Assembly (NCBI GenBank): GCA_963677495.2
Contig: CAXXOU010000001.1
Location: forward strand, 640,001-704,000
Origin: Candidatus Cloacimonadales bacterium
Lineage (GTDB): Bacteria; Cloacimonadota; Cloacimonadia; Cloacimonadales; JAFGVF01
Length of the DNA: 64,000 nt
Direction of reading: 5' to 3'
Shown: positions 38,946 through 49,212 of the stretch, piece after piece
Numbering within the stretch: position 1 is the first letter of the stretch
Layout: each line of letters begins with the position of its first letter
Notes under the pieces: model-generated
The model's database searches: none
Seen by the model: the letters and a program-made list of their open reading frames with translations, nothing else
What the model was told of the DNA's origin: nothing
Position numbers and translations under genes: made by a program

Positions 38946-41900
38946 CTAATTAATTACACCAATTTTGCCTTTTTTATGATAGTCACCCATTCTTATAATA
39001 TAGAAATAGATTCCAGAAGATACTCGTTTACCTTTATGGTTTTTTAAATCCCAGTTGAAACGAGTTTGATCCTTAAGTTCTTTCTCAAAAATTAGATCTC
39101 CGGCAGTATCATAAATATAGATATTTCCTTTTTTATTATCCGGTAAGGCAATGAAGTTAACAACCGGATTTCCATCAGAAGTTTCTAAATAAACCGGATT
39201 AGGATATACTTTGATATCTTCAGCTTCTAAAATAAAACTAGCTAAGTTTCTAGAATTCAAGATATAATTTCCTGCAAGATCCCGCATATTAGTCAACTTA
39301 ATGAAATATGCTTCCATTGAATAAACTAGTTTTTTCTCAAGAGTTATTTCGGCAACCTTTTCTTGATTATTTGTTATATATTGAATCGAAGCGATCTTGT
39401 TATCCACATCATTTACAGGAGGTGTGAACTGATAGTTATGAATGTCTAGAATATCAGTCTCCTGCAATTCTTCATTAAAACTTATCCGAACTACTTTATC
39501 CGATACAATTTCTACAGATTCAACAAATGGTTGCTCCATATCTTCAATATAACTAAAAGGCAATACCATGTTTATTGGAACACCCATTGCACTTTTCAAG
39601 TTGGAAATAGTCAAAGTATAATCATTATTTGCTTCAAAATATTTACTGAACCTTAGTAGTAAACGTTTTCTATCATTTAGAATATTTACAGAATGCGGTC
39701 TGCCAATATTGTTATCAACCATGTAAAAACCAATATTATAAGCATCACTAGATAGCTTTTTATCAAATGTCAGCATTACTTGATTTAATCCAGTCATTTT
39801 AATCTCTTCAATCACTGGTTCTAAGTCAGGTATTATAGATTTATGAGCTGTAGAATGAGATTCGGTGGGAGATTGGCTGTTATCTATAGCAGTAACATAA
39901 TAAGTATATTCATCACCGTAAACCAAACCGGAATCAGTATATTCATTATCAGTAACCGGAATTGTCCATTCACCATCAGGACCAACTCTATAGACGTTAT
40001 ATGAGTCTGCACCGAAAACTTGTTTCCAGGATAACTTAGCAGTATCACCGGCAATAAGCGACGCCCTAAAGTTCTGTGGTACCGGAATATTCTCCACATA
40101 CTGATCATCTCTTGTATACAAAACAGAAACAATGTTTTCATCAGAATCTGTATCGTTTACCAGTAAACTGACACTTTCATCACTAATAATAGGAACAATT
40201 CTGTATGTCCAAGAGCATTCTCCATGCCAGATTGGTGTCAATTCATCGTTTAAATAGTCTACAATATATAGATCAGGAGAAAATCCAAGTATTAGCTCCA
40301 CATTTCCATCACCATCAACATCGGCTACCTTAATTGAGTTTTTGCTCTGTTTCCTGTCGAACATAACTCTACTAACAGGTTCATATTGGTTATCTCCAAT
40401 AGAATCAAACATCTCAACATACCAGAAATTGTTGTTCGAATTGTATGGGTCATCATTATAACCTGCAACAACAAACTCTTGAGTACCGTCACCGGTAAAG
40501 TCTCCTGTCTCCATGTAATATGTATTAGCAACCGCAAATTTGAATGACCAGGCTGGAGTAATTGAAGTCTCAGATTCTGTATACTCATAAATCATTATGT
40601 CACCTTCAGTATCTGCAGTTAAAATGTCTACTCTATTGTCGAAATCCAATCTACCAACTGCTATATTTGGTACAAAAGAGTTTCTCTGGTCAGTCTGTGA
40701 ATTGTTTCTTAACCTTTGCACTGTCTCATAAGTATCATTTTCATATTTCTTGATATCCCAGATTCTTTCAGATGAGTCATTCTTAAGAATAAAGAGCTCA
40801 TCTATTCCATCAAGATCAATATCTTTGAAATAGCCACCAGCAGAACCGGATTCAGTCCAACTTGGAGAATTCAATGGATAGGTAGCACTGCCAAAAGTTT
40901 CATGAAGATACATTGTATCTAAATTTAAGCCAATAACTTCAATACCTGATTCATTCGCATTACCTAGGTCATAAGGCCAGAATTGAGTATTGAAACTATG
41001 TTGAATGGTCAGGGAGTCTCCGATTTCATAAATATTTACATCATTATAACTATTCTCAATTAAGTGCATTCCGACAACTTCAGGTAGACCATTCCCATTA
41101 TAATCTATAGCTTTAGGAATGGCAACAATACCTTCGCCAATCTCTTTTCTATTCCATCCATTGATTGATGCAGAATTATAGTTAACCAAAGACATATATT
41201 GGTTTGTCGAAGATATACCACAACTATTAGTAGCAGTAATTTCAAATAAATACAGACTTTCAGGCATATCATTTGGAAGCTTAACTGTCTGTAGTTCATC
41301 CGGGTAAGTAGACATTGCACTATAGGTTATGTCAGTATTACTATCTCTACAAACAACGTTTAACACAACTTTTTCACTATATAGTGCTTGAAGGAAATAA
41401 TTCATATTTTCAGCATCATATCTTGGGTATAAGAAAACACTCTCAGGGTTAAGAATAGGAGCAGTTCTATCTAACCTAAAACTCCGAATAATATCATATG
41501 AATTGTAATCTCTATTAGTAACTCGCAATCTTAACCTATAATCATTATCCGGTAGTTCTTCGAGAAATTCAAATACTGCAAGAGTATCATTAAAAACTTC
41601 TTCAGTAAACTCAGTTGGAGTATTATTATGTGTTATTATATCTTTCCAATCTAGCTGAGTAGGAACATCTTCAATACTATACATTAAAGTATAATAGAGG
41701 AAGTTTTCAGTTGCAACGGTTCCTATTATTGGGAAATCACTTGAGTAACCGGCAAAGTCATTTGGTGAAAATAACTTCAGATCTGGTGTCGCTTCATCAG
41801 TTAGCAACTTCAAGGCATTAACTCTTCCATATCCGAAGGTATCATCTTTTCCTGAATCTCCTAAGTCATCACATGAGCTTAGGAGTTTAGACCTTACCTC

Positions 41901-43142
41901 TTCATAGCTCATAGACGCATTTCTTGATAGTAAAAGACTTATGCAACCAGCTACGTGAGGGGCTGCCATTGAAGTACCTGATTGATTGTCATAAGTAAAT
42001 CTTGTCCCATCACTATAAGTACTAAGTATGATTTCACCTGGAGCAACAAGATCTAAATCAGGGCCATATGTTGAGAAACTCGATAGATCATTATCTCTTC
42101 CAATTGAGCCAACAGAGATAACATTAGATAATCGAGCAGGATAACTTAGTACAGGACCTGGTGTATTACCAGCAGATGCAACAACTATTGAGCCAAGCTC
42201 ATATGCGTACTCGCATGCATCAGCAATAATTGGTGAATACTCTGCATCACCCCAGCTTAGATTTATTACATGAGCACCAGAGTTTACTGCATAAATAATC
42301 GCTGCAGCGGCATCATCATCTTGGAGGTAACCAGTACCTTCAAGTGTTCTAAAACCTGCTCTTATTGGTAATATTTTTGAATTCCAATTTATTCCGGCAA
42401 CACCTTCTCTATTATTTGTATTAGCACAAATAATACCACTAACATGAGTCCCATGGAAGTTCTCATCTGTAGGATCGTTATCTTGCTCAAAATAATCACC
42501 TAGAGCAATCTCTTCAAGCTCAGGTGCATCTGAAAAATCCCATCCGCAAATGTCATCGACAAATCCGTTTCCATCATCATCAATTCCATTAATATCATCA
42601 GGGTCATATTCACCTGTTATAGGATCCATTACAAAGCCATCACCATCCGCATCTTCCCCATAATTCAGTCTAGACCTACCTTGTAAGTCAGGGTGATCAC
42701 GTAAAATACCTGAGTCTATAACAGCAACAGTTATATTTTCATTTCCTCGTTCAATATCCCATGCATCTTGTAAGCCAATTGTTGTAAGTTCCTGACTATA
42801 AAAATGACTGTCATTAGGAGTAACATAGAACTGATTCAAATTGTTTACTTGAATATAATCAATACCATCAAATCTAAGATTCTCAATTTCAGCTCTTGAT
42901 ATTTCACTATTTAGGTAAACAACATAATAATTCATATTCGGAATTGTTACTTTCCGGATTTCTTTCACACTCTTAGAACTAAGAAATTGATCAAGCTCAT
43001 GCACACCTGTTGATTTACCTCTTACTCTAAGAGGGGCATCACTTTTAATAATAATCTCACGAGGAGAAAATTCCCCTGCGTAGAGAGAGCTTATAATTCC
43101 AAGTAAGATAACAAGGAATAGAATCTTTGCCGTTTTTTTCAT
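38946..43142 (-). CDS. Secreted S8 (subtilisin-like) serine peptidase with FG-GAP/VCBS, FN3, Ig-like and C-terminal sorting domain
   Basis: Intact triad VAVIDSG / HGTHVSG / SGTSMAAPH; DIDLDG, DFTGDG, DVDGDG repeats; tail VYPNP...IYDTAGDLI...WDLKN..G..VSSGIYFY. Confidence 0.9.
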   Translation of the reverse strand: MKKTAKILFLVILLGIISSLYAGEFSPREIIIKSDAPLRVRGKSTGVHELDQFLSSKSVKEIRKVTIPNMNYYVVYLNSEISRAEIENLRFDGIDYIQVNNLNQFYVTPNDSHFYSQELTTIGLQDAWDIERGNENITVAVIDSGILRDHPDLQGRSRLNYGEDADGDGFVMDPITGEYDPDDINGIDDDGNGFVDDICGWDFSDAPELEEIALGDYFEQDNDPTDENFHGTHVSGIICANTNNREGVAGINWNSKILPIRAGFRTLEGTGYLQDDDAAAAIIYAVNSGAHVINLSWGDAEYSPIIADACEYAYELGSIVVASAGNTPGPVLSYPARLSNVISVGSIGRDNDLSSFSTYGPDLDLVAPGEIILSTYSDGTRFTYDNQSGTSMAAPHVAGCISLLLSRNASMSYEEVRSKLLSSCDDLGDSGKDDTFGYGRVNALKLLTDEATPDLKLFSPNDFAGYSSDFPIIGTVATENFLYYTLMYSIEDVPTQLDWKDIITHNNTPTEFTEEVFNDTLAVFEFLEELPDNDYRLRLRVTNRDYNSYDIIRSFRLDRTAPILNPESVFLYPRYDAENMNYFLQALYSEKVVLNVVCRDSNTDITYSAMSTYPDELQTVKLPNDMPESLYLFEITATNSCGISSTNQYMSLVNYNSASINGWNRKEIGEGIVAIPKAIDYNGNGLPEVVGMHLIENSYNDVNIYEIGDSLTIQHSFNTQFWPYDLGNANESGIEVIGLNLDTMYLHETFGSATYPLNSPSWTESGSAGGYFKDIDLDGIDELFILKNDSSERIWDIKKYENDTYETVQRLRNNSQTDQRNSFVPNIAVGRLDFDNRVDILTADTEGDIMIYEYTESETSITPAWSFKFAVANTYYMETGDFTGDGTQEFVVAGYNDDPYNSNNNFWYVEMFDSIGDNQYEPVSRVMFDRKQSKNSIKVADVDGDGNVELILGFSPDLYIVDYLNDELTPIWHGECSWTYRIVPIISDESVSLLVNDTDSDENIVSVLYTRDDQYVENIPVPQNFRASLIAGDTAKLSWKQVFGADSYNVYRVGPDGEWTIPVTDNEYTDSGLVYGDEYTYYVTAIDNSQSPTESHSTAHKSIIPDLEPVIEEIKMTGLNQVMLTFDKKLSSDAYNIGFYMVDNNIGRPHSVNILNDRKRLLLRFSKYFEANNDYTLTISNLKSAMGVPINMVLPFSYIEDMEQPFVESVEIVSDKVVRISFNEELQETDILDIHNYQFTPPVNDVDNKIASIQYITNNQEKVAEITLEKKLVYSMEAYFIKLTNMRDLAGNYILNSRNLASFILEAEDIKVYPNPVYLETSDGNPVVNFIALPDNKKGNIYIYDTAGDLIFEKELKDQTRFNWDLKNHKGKRVSSGIYFYIIRMGDYHKKGKIGVIN

Positions 43143-43155
43143 AGCCTACCTTCGA

Positions 43156-44055
43156 TTAAAATTTATAGGATACACTCACCATATTTACTGAATCAATATC
43201 GTCAACCGCAGGAATATAAGCGTAATCAATGTCTATCATTTCAAGTTTGACCCCTGCACCAAACGAGAATTCCTCACTATCATGATTAAATTTATAACCG
43301 GTTCTTAGGAAGAATAACTCTCTAAAACCAGCTTCAACACCAAATGCAGCTTTTAGATCGTTATCAATCTCCTGGACTGCTTTAAGATCAGTATTAATTA
43401 CAAAGCTTTCCATCTCAATCACATTTGTAACACCAGCATCTACTGTAAATGGTAAGTCTATATTTTCCTCTTCCATTTCATTAGTACCACCTAAATGTTT
43501 TGCAGAAAGGTAAATACTTGTTCCTCGTAGTGGTGATTTATAAATATAACCAAAATCAAACGATGCACCAGCTGCAGTAGCTGTATCAAGTTTCTCATAA
43601 ATGAAGCTTCCATTTGCACCAATATAATGATCTGGAGCTAAACGGAAACCCCAGTTCAAAGTCATCTGGATGTCTACCGGGTGATACTCACCAATAAGCA
43701 CTCCAGTATTATCTCTTCTTTCAAACTCTCCATAATCAAGGTATTTCACACCAAGTCCAATATGGTGGTTACCTTTAGGATAAGTATAAGCAACTGTTGT
43801 AAGAGAAGTATCGAAAATCCAAAAATTCTGATTTACTGATATTGAACGATTTTCATTCAACAAACCTGCAGCTGCGTTATCCCAAATTACAAAACCATTA
43901 TCTGCTGACATAATTCCTGTCCCGGCTCTACCACTTTGAGAAGCTCCTGACGTAATCTGCAACATCTGAAAACCTAATTCACCCTCATATCCAGCTTGTA
44001 ATAACACTACCATGGTCATAAACAAAACCACTAATACTAATCTATATTTTCTCAT
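43156..44055 (-). CDS. PorV/PorQ family outer-membrane beta-barrel
   Basis: GFQMLQI..GA...GRAG, WDNAAAG, YLDYGEF.RRD..G...G, FDFG, LRTGYKF, IDYAY, terminal Phe. Confidence 0.8.
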   Translation of the reverse strand: MRKYRLVLVVLFMTMVVLLQAGYEGELGFQMLQITSGASQSGRAGTGIMSADNGFVIWDNAAAGLLNENRSISVNQNFWIFDTSLTTVAYTYPKGNHHIGLGVKYLDYGEFERRDNTGVLIGEYHPVDIQMTLNWGFRLAPDHYIGANGSFIYEKLDTATAAGASFDFGYIYKSPLRGTSIYLSAKHLGGTNEMEEENIDLPFTVDAGVTNVIEMESFVINTDLKAVQEIDNDLKAAFGVEAGFRELFFLRTGYKFNHDSEEFSFGAGVKLEMIDIDYAYIPAVDDIDSVNMVSVSYKF

Positions 44056-44063
44056 TGTATCTC

Positions 44064-47000
44064 CTATTTTTCTATCGCAAACTTAAGCGTTTTAACCTTA
44101 TTCTCTGCTTCCAACAGTATGAAATAAGCACCTGAACTAATTTTATCTGTATCAAGTTTGACTTTATCAATATTGCTCATATAGGCCTGACAAGTAATCT
44201 TATCTTGATAAATGCAGTTGCCGGCTATGTCAAACACTTTTATTTTTACTTTTGTAGTTTCACTTACCATTATTTTCACAAATAGCTCATCGCCATATGT
44301 TGATCTATATGGATTCGGATAGACATATACTTCATCTTCAACAAATATTTTACTATCAGGATAGCTGTTTTGACTTTCTAATCCTGTGTAGGAAGCAGTT
44401 CTCTGTAGATTGCCATACTCAGCATACCAGAAGTCTGATACATTTATCTCACTATTCCCAATTGCTGATCGGAAAATCTTACCATTATCCACTGCTGACA
44501 TTATATAAACATTTCCATCTTCATCCTTATGTAAGAAAGGATAAGTCCTGCTTCTGTCAGAATAATTCTTGGGATAGCCTTTCTTGATTCCAAAGTTATC
44601 TTCCCAGACATATAATCGGTTTAACGAACAGTTTCCAACAATCTCCAGTTCTCCATCACTATCAACATCTATTGGTAAAGCACTTCCATTGATTCCAAGT
44701 GTGTCAGGCATTGTTACAATATCCTTCCCTTGGTTTAGTAACTGACCATTATATCCGAAAACTGCAACACCGTTTTCCCAACCTGCAATTATATCTAAAG
44801 TACCGTTTTTATCCATATCACCGAAAGAGAGTAGTCCATTTGTTTTATATGGAAGCTCAATTGGTGAATACCTTTCAGGTAACTCATAACCAATTAGTGT
44901 TGGATGTTCAAAATCACTCTGACCAAAATGGTATACTTTGTCACTACACTGCACAACAAATCTGTCTTCTATCTTATTCTCATTTATTGAAGTGTGAAAT
45001 AATGCCAACACTTCATCATCAGGTTCTACCTCTGAAACGAACTCATTAGTTAAATATTCACCATTATAAACAGATATTGTTACAATGCCAACTCCATCAT
45101 TTATATTAGTGAGTGCAAATGTCTTCTCATTACTCCAGCATATATTAGTCCTAATCGAGTCTTCAAGAGTAACCGTTTCTTTAATAGTAAAGTCTTTATT
45201 TAAGAACACAATACTACTTCCGGTACCATCAGTATGATTAAATGCTAAAATATACTCATTCGGAGTTACAACCGGTGGACCTGCCCAAGAACGGAAGTTC
45301 TCACTAAATACATAACCACTGTCTGATGATGCATGCTCCAAATTAAACAATGATACAATGTTTTCTCCATATGGTAGTAATACTCTTCCATACTCTTCAT
45401 CAACAGTGTAAAGCTCTTTTAATTGAGATGTACCTCCACTTGGAAATCCCGAATACAGTTCATCATCTTGCCACATATAAAGTGAGCCATCAGGCATAGG
45501 ATAGAATATCTCATTCACTCCATCGTCATCATAATCGAATGAAGATGCAGGGAGAGTATTCTCCCCTGTGTAACTGGTTGATAAACTCCATCTGAATTTT
45601 ACAGAAAAACTCATTGTGTTTCCCTGTTGGCTAATATCATAAATCTCCAGCGGTACCCCACCATAATAACTCTCAGCTGTTGGTTGAGAAATCACACCAT
45701 CTACACTGTTAAAACCAAAATAATCATTATTATTTGCTCTAAAACTGTCAAATGGACCACCATACATATTTTCGTTAATAGCAGCTGTATCCAGGTTTTG
45801 AACTCCATCAGCCTCTTCAAGATCAACACCCTTATGTGTTGCAATTGCATTAACATGGTTCACTTCATAATCAGGACTAAAGAATTCATTTATAACTAAT
45901 TCATCAATATGCCAAATGAATATACCACTATTATCCTGGAAAGCACCACCAACTGCGGGACCACCTAATCCTGGCATTGCAATATCCCAATCACAACCCC
46001 TATATCTATTCTCCATGAACATAAATCTTGGTTGTAATGGTGCATCCGGATTGTCTGGGTTCGGTGGATAATATTCCTGATCTTCAATAAGCTCAAAACT
46101 AAAACCTGCTATTCCGTTATAGAAGTCTCCATCCGGATTCTGCGATCTGCATTCAATAAGGAAATATTCCGTATCTGATATTGCGACTTTATAAAGTTTA
46201 GGATTTGTTGCATCAACATCCAGCATCTGATCAATGTATATATTCTCTTGATCAACTGTGAGTTCAATTGTATTCTCCCAGCCTAGGTAATATCTACTCC
46301 AAGCAGAAGGCATAGCAGGAATGAATCCATTACCATTCCAAGATCCGCTACCCATAATACCATAGTTTCCAATACCCTGTGAACGACCATTTGAGCTAAC
46401 ATTATCAAAGAGTGTTGGCAAACCTAATAGTTTACCGAATTGATGTAATACTACTCCAAAGTTACTGAATAGATAGTTACTTGCATCTACTCCTTCAGTA
46501 GGAAAGTAGTCTTGAAACTCTGATTCAGCAACAACAGCTAGCTCATTGAGATAGACACCATCATTTGTCAGAAGCCCGGGATACTCTTCGTTCTCAGGAT
46601 CATTTATCTCCCGAAGGTCCTTTCGACTTAAGAATGTACTCCATATCTCATCAGTTCTTATACCATCAATATCAGATTCCTGACCGGAGCCGGCAAAGAT
46701 AGTAATAATCCCATCATAAAGTGAAAAGTCGATTTCATTATCTGTTAACGCTATAATATCATCAAAATACTCTACCATTCGCTCATCATTTGTTGCATCA
46801 TTTCCATAATACCCATAATTGTTAGGCATCATAACATTCTCTTCGTACAGATGGATGTTTTCGTACAACTCATAATTACCATGAGATGCATCATGCCAAT
46901 AATCAGAAACATGAAGCATTAATCTTTTAAAGTAATTGTAATCATGAACAAGGTAATCAGGATACTGTTCTTCCTGGATAAATTGTTTATCCGGGAACTC

Positions 47001-47186
47001 AATCAACAATGCTAAAATAGTCTCAGGTAAGGGATCTTCATCCGACCGCTTACTTAAATCAAACCGCTCCGATACCGAATTCTGTTCAAAAGGGATATCT
47101 CCACTGTAAAGAGGATGTGGAGGGACAATTGCCTGTAGCAGTAACCCTATGCTTAGAAACAGAACCGGAATTAATAGTCTTTTCAT
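44064..47186 (-). CDS. Secreted M6 (immune inhibitor A)-like protein with degenerate zinc motif, FG-GAP repeats and C-terminal sorting domain
   Basis: LLIEFPD, FAGSGQE, HQFGKLLGLPTLFD, IMGSGSW, SAWSR..LGW, EYFLIE.R, IFIWHIDE, VDLEEADG; tail YVYPNP...FDIAGN...SSGAYF. Confidence 0.8.
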   Translation of the reverse strand: MKRLLIPVLFLSIGLLLQAIVPPHPLYSGDIPFEQNSVSERFDLSKRSDEDPLPETILALLIEFPDKQFIQEEQYPDYLVHDYNYFKRLMLHVSDYWHDASHGNYELYENIHLYEENVMMPNNYGYYGNDATNDERMVEYFDDIIALTDNEIDFSLYDGIITIFAGSGQESDIDGIRTDEIWSTFLSRKDLREINDPENEEYPGLLTNDGVYLNELAVVAESEFQDYFPTEGVDASNYLFSNFGVVLHQFGKLLGLPTLFDNVSSNGRSQGIGNYGIMGSGSWNGNGFIPAMPSAWSRYYLGWENTIELTVDQENIYIDQMLDVDATNPKLYKVAISDTEYFLIECRSQNPDGDFYNGIAGFSFELIEDQEYYPPNPDNPDAPLQPRFMFMENRYRGCDWDIAMPGLGGPAVGGAFQDNSGIFIWHIDELVINEFFSPDYEVNHVNAIATHKGVDLEEADGVQNLDTAAINENMYGGPFDSFRANNNDYFGFNSVDGVISQPTAESYYGGVPLEIYDISQQGNTMSFSVKFRWSLSTSYTGENTLPASSFDYDDDGVNEIFYPMPDGSLYMWQDDELYSGFPSGGTSQLKELYTVDEEYGRVLLPYGENIVSLFNLEHASSDSGYVFSENFRSWAGPPVVTPNEYILAFNHTDGTGSSIVFLNKDFTIKETVTLEDSIRTNICWSNEKTFALTNINDGVGIVTISVYNGEYLTNEFVSEVEPDDEVLALFHTSINENKIEDRFVVQCSDKVYHFGQSDFEHPTLIGYELPERYSPIELPYKTNGLLSFGDMDKNGTLDIIAGWENGVAVFGYNGQLLNQGKDIVTMPDTLGINGSALPIDVDSDGELEIVGNCSLNRLYVWEDNFGIKKGYPKNYSDRSRTYPFLHKDEDGNVYIMSAVDNGKIFRSAIGNSEINVSDFWYAEYGNLQRTASYTGLESQNSYPDSKIFVEDEVYVYPNPYRSTYGDELFVKIMVSETTKVKIKVFDIAGNCIYQDKITCQAYMSNIDKVKLDTDKISSGAYFILLEAENKVKTLKFAIEK

Positions 47187-47479
47187 AATTTCTCCGAGTT
47201 TAATAATTCTCTATAAATACAAAAGAAAAGAAATAGATTCCGATATGTTCTCCTTAATTTTTACTGCTAAGTAATCATTTGTTGCTATTGAATAATGGTC
47301 AAGTTTTTTGTAGTTTTTAAAATATGATTGAGTGCAAGATTGTAAGTAACCTTGGCAATTCTTTTTGTCTTTTGGGAGTTATGAACACGGGATTACTCAG
47401 ACAGATGACTTGCACCGTAACAAAGTGCCTGAGAAGCCATTGCTGATAAGCGGAGGTCTTGAGAACTTTTAACAGAATC

Positions 47480-48553
47480 TTATCTAAGTAATAATGCAAG
47501 TACCATTGCAAAATGTTTTGTATTGTTCATCAGCAGTACTGTATAAGAATCCTTTTCTCCATGCAGGATAACTGCATTGTGAAAAACAGCATAATCTATA
47601 ACACTCTTGATAAAGATAGATTTATTTGCACGTCCCATTTTAATAATAATCCTACGATTTGTGATGAAGGAGATTCCTGATACCGGCTTATTAAACCTAT
47701 CCTCTTCTATATCTTGCAGTGCTGTATAACTCATTTTCCAATACACACCATTAAGAATATTCTTCCTGCAGTTCATACCATTAAAATTTATATGCAATGG
47801 TTTTTGCTTGAAATCGGTCAGTCCTACATCGGTTTGGTAATAGCATTCCTCTTTTGATTTAAAATGATAATCAACTTTTATTGCACCCAACTTGCCGTTT
47901 TCAATATTCCATAATGAACGTGCTAAATCTATTTCATCTTCTGTAGCCGGGTTATAGTTTATTTCAATGCCAAAAAAACTCTTAAGCTGTGACAATATCT
48001 CATACTCAGATGCATTAATCCTCTCATCCTCAAGAGAGCTCATCACCAGTTTTTTGCAATAATCATCCACACAACTGCTATAAAATGAGTGTTCAACTTC
48101 CTTGTTTAAGCTTAACTTCGCAGAAATCTTTTTCAACTTCTCTGCATTCTCTTCGGTATAACTGTTTTCTTTCATTATTTTCTCGAACCGATCACAATAT
48201 AACTCAAACAGTCTGGTTCTTTCAAGTAAATCAACTTGTTTAGCATCTATCTCAAACAACACTCTTAATGAGTTCAGATAAATACGTTCTTCAGAGCTAA
48301 GAATAGAATCAGAAAGAAAAGCATCTAGCGCTTTGAGATATAATCTGCATAATATTGTATCGAATTGAGCTTGAGAATACATGTTGCAATCGCTTCTGAT
48401 TTGGTTAATTTCTGTTACATTAATCTCATCCGGTTGCTTGATAGAAAGTAGGTTCTCAATCCTTACTTCAAACTCATCGTTAAGAGGAAGTTTAAATAGC
48501 TTTCTCACGAATCCTGATTCAACAATATCGCTTTCTTTAAACGGAGTTTTCAT
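47480..48553 (-). CDS. Hypothetical protein (TerB-like helical repeats plus C-terminal PH-like domain)
   Basis: Repeated L.D..(L/I)...E...L..L...F.I motifs; C-terminal G..FITNRRII beta pattern. Confidence 0.5.
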   Translation of the reverse strand: MKTPFKESDIVESGFVRKLFKLPLNDEFEVRIENLLSIKQPDEINVTEINQIRSDCNMYSQAQFDTILCRLYLKALDAFLSDSILSSEERIYLNSLRVLFEIDAKQVDLLERTRLFELYCDRFEKIMKENSYTEENAEKLKKISAKLSLNKEVEHSFYSSCVDDYCKKLVMSSLEDERINASEYEILSQLKSFFGIEINYNPATEDEIDLARSLWNIENGKLGAIKVDYHFKSKEECYYQTDVGLTDFKQKPLHINFNGMNCRKNILNGVYWKMSYTALQDIEEDRFNKPVSGISFITNRRIIIKMGRANKSIFIKSVIDYAVFHNAVILHGEKDSYTVLLMNNTKHFAMVLALLLR

Positions 48554-48840
48554 AACATATCCTCACCAGTGTCCATTGATTGCTTTGCTTGCACACTATT
48601 ATTATACAATCTATTCAATTCTGGCAAGTAATATCTTGTAAGCGTTGGTTTTGATAGCATGGAAGAACCTTAACTAAGGTTGTAAACGGTATTGGTGAAA
48701 AACAGATCTTCTGGGATGGTAATGATCAATCAGGCAATACACTATCTAGCGGAGTATTCTTCTATAAAGTTAAAGTCGGTAATACGAGTCTCTCAAATAA
48801 GATGGTTATGCTTAAGTAAACTAAGTTGTCATTATATAAT

Positions 48841-48903
48841 AAGAACCGAAAATACCTGTTTTCGGTTCTTTTCTATTGACTAATACTAAGTGATTATTAT
48901 ACT
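48841..48903 (+). promoter_or_regulatory. Perfect 12-bp hairpin followed by a sigma70-type promoter
   Basis: aagaaccgaaaa-tacctg-ttttcggttctt, then TTGACT (48876)-16 nt-TATACT (48898). Confidence 0.6.
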
Positions 48904-48912
48904 TATGTATAT

Positions 48913-49212
48913 ATGAGTAATTTAACTAAAGTATCATACTGCGGTATCTATTGCGGTACTTGCAAGAACTTCAAGCAGAATGCTGACTGCCAAGGTTGCC
49001 GAAGCGAAGAGGAACTGCTTTCTGACTGCCCATCAAGAAAGTGTACTATTGCACGAGGTTTAACCCACTGTGGAGAATGCAAGGAGTTTCCTTGCGATAT
49101 GATGAAAGAGTTCTATAATGATGGTGTTCCCATGCATGAACAAGCCCAAAAAAATACTCTCAGATTGAATAAAGTGGGAATCGACAAGTACGTTAAAGAG
49201 ATGGAGAAGTAA
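48913..49212 (+). CDS. DUF3795 family Cys-rich protein
   Basis: YCGIYCGTC...CQGC...C..RKC...GLTHCGECKEFPC. Confidence 0.85.
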   Translation: MSNLTKVSYCGIYCGTCKNFKQNADCQGCRSEEELLSDCPSRKCTIARGLTHCGECKEFPCDMMKEFYNDGVPMHEQAQKNTLRLNKVGIDKYVKEMEK

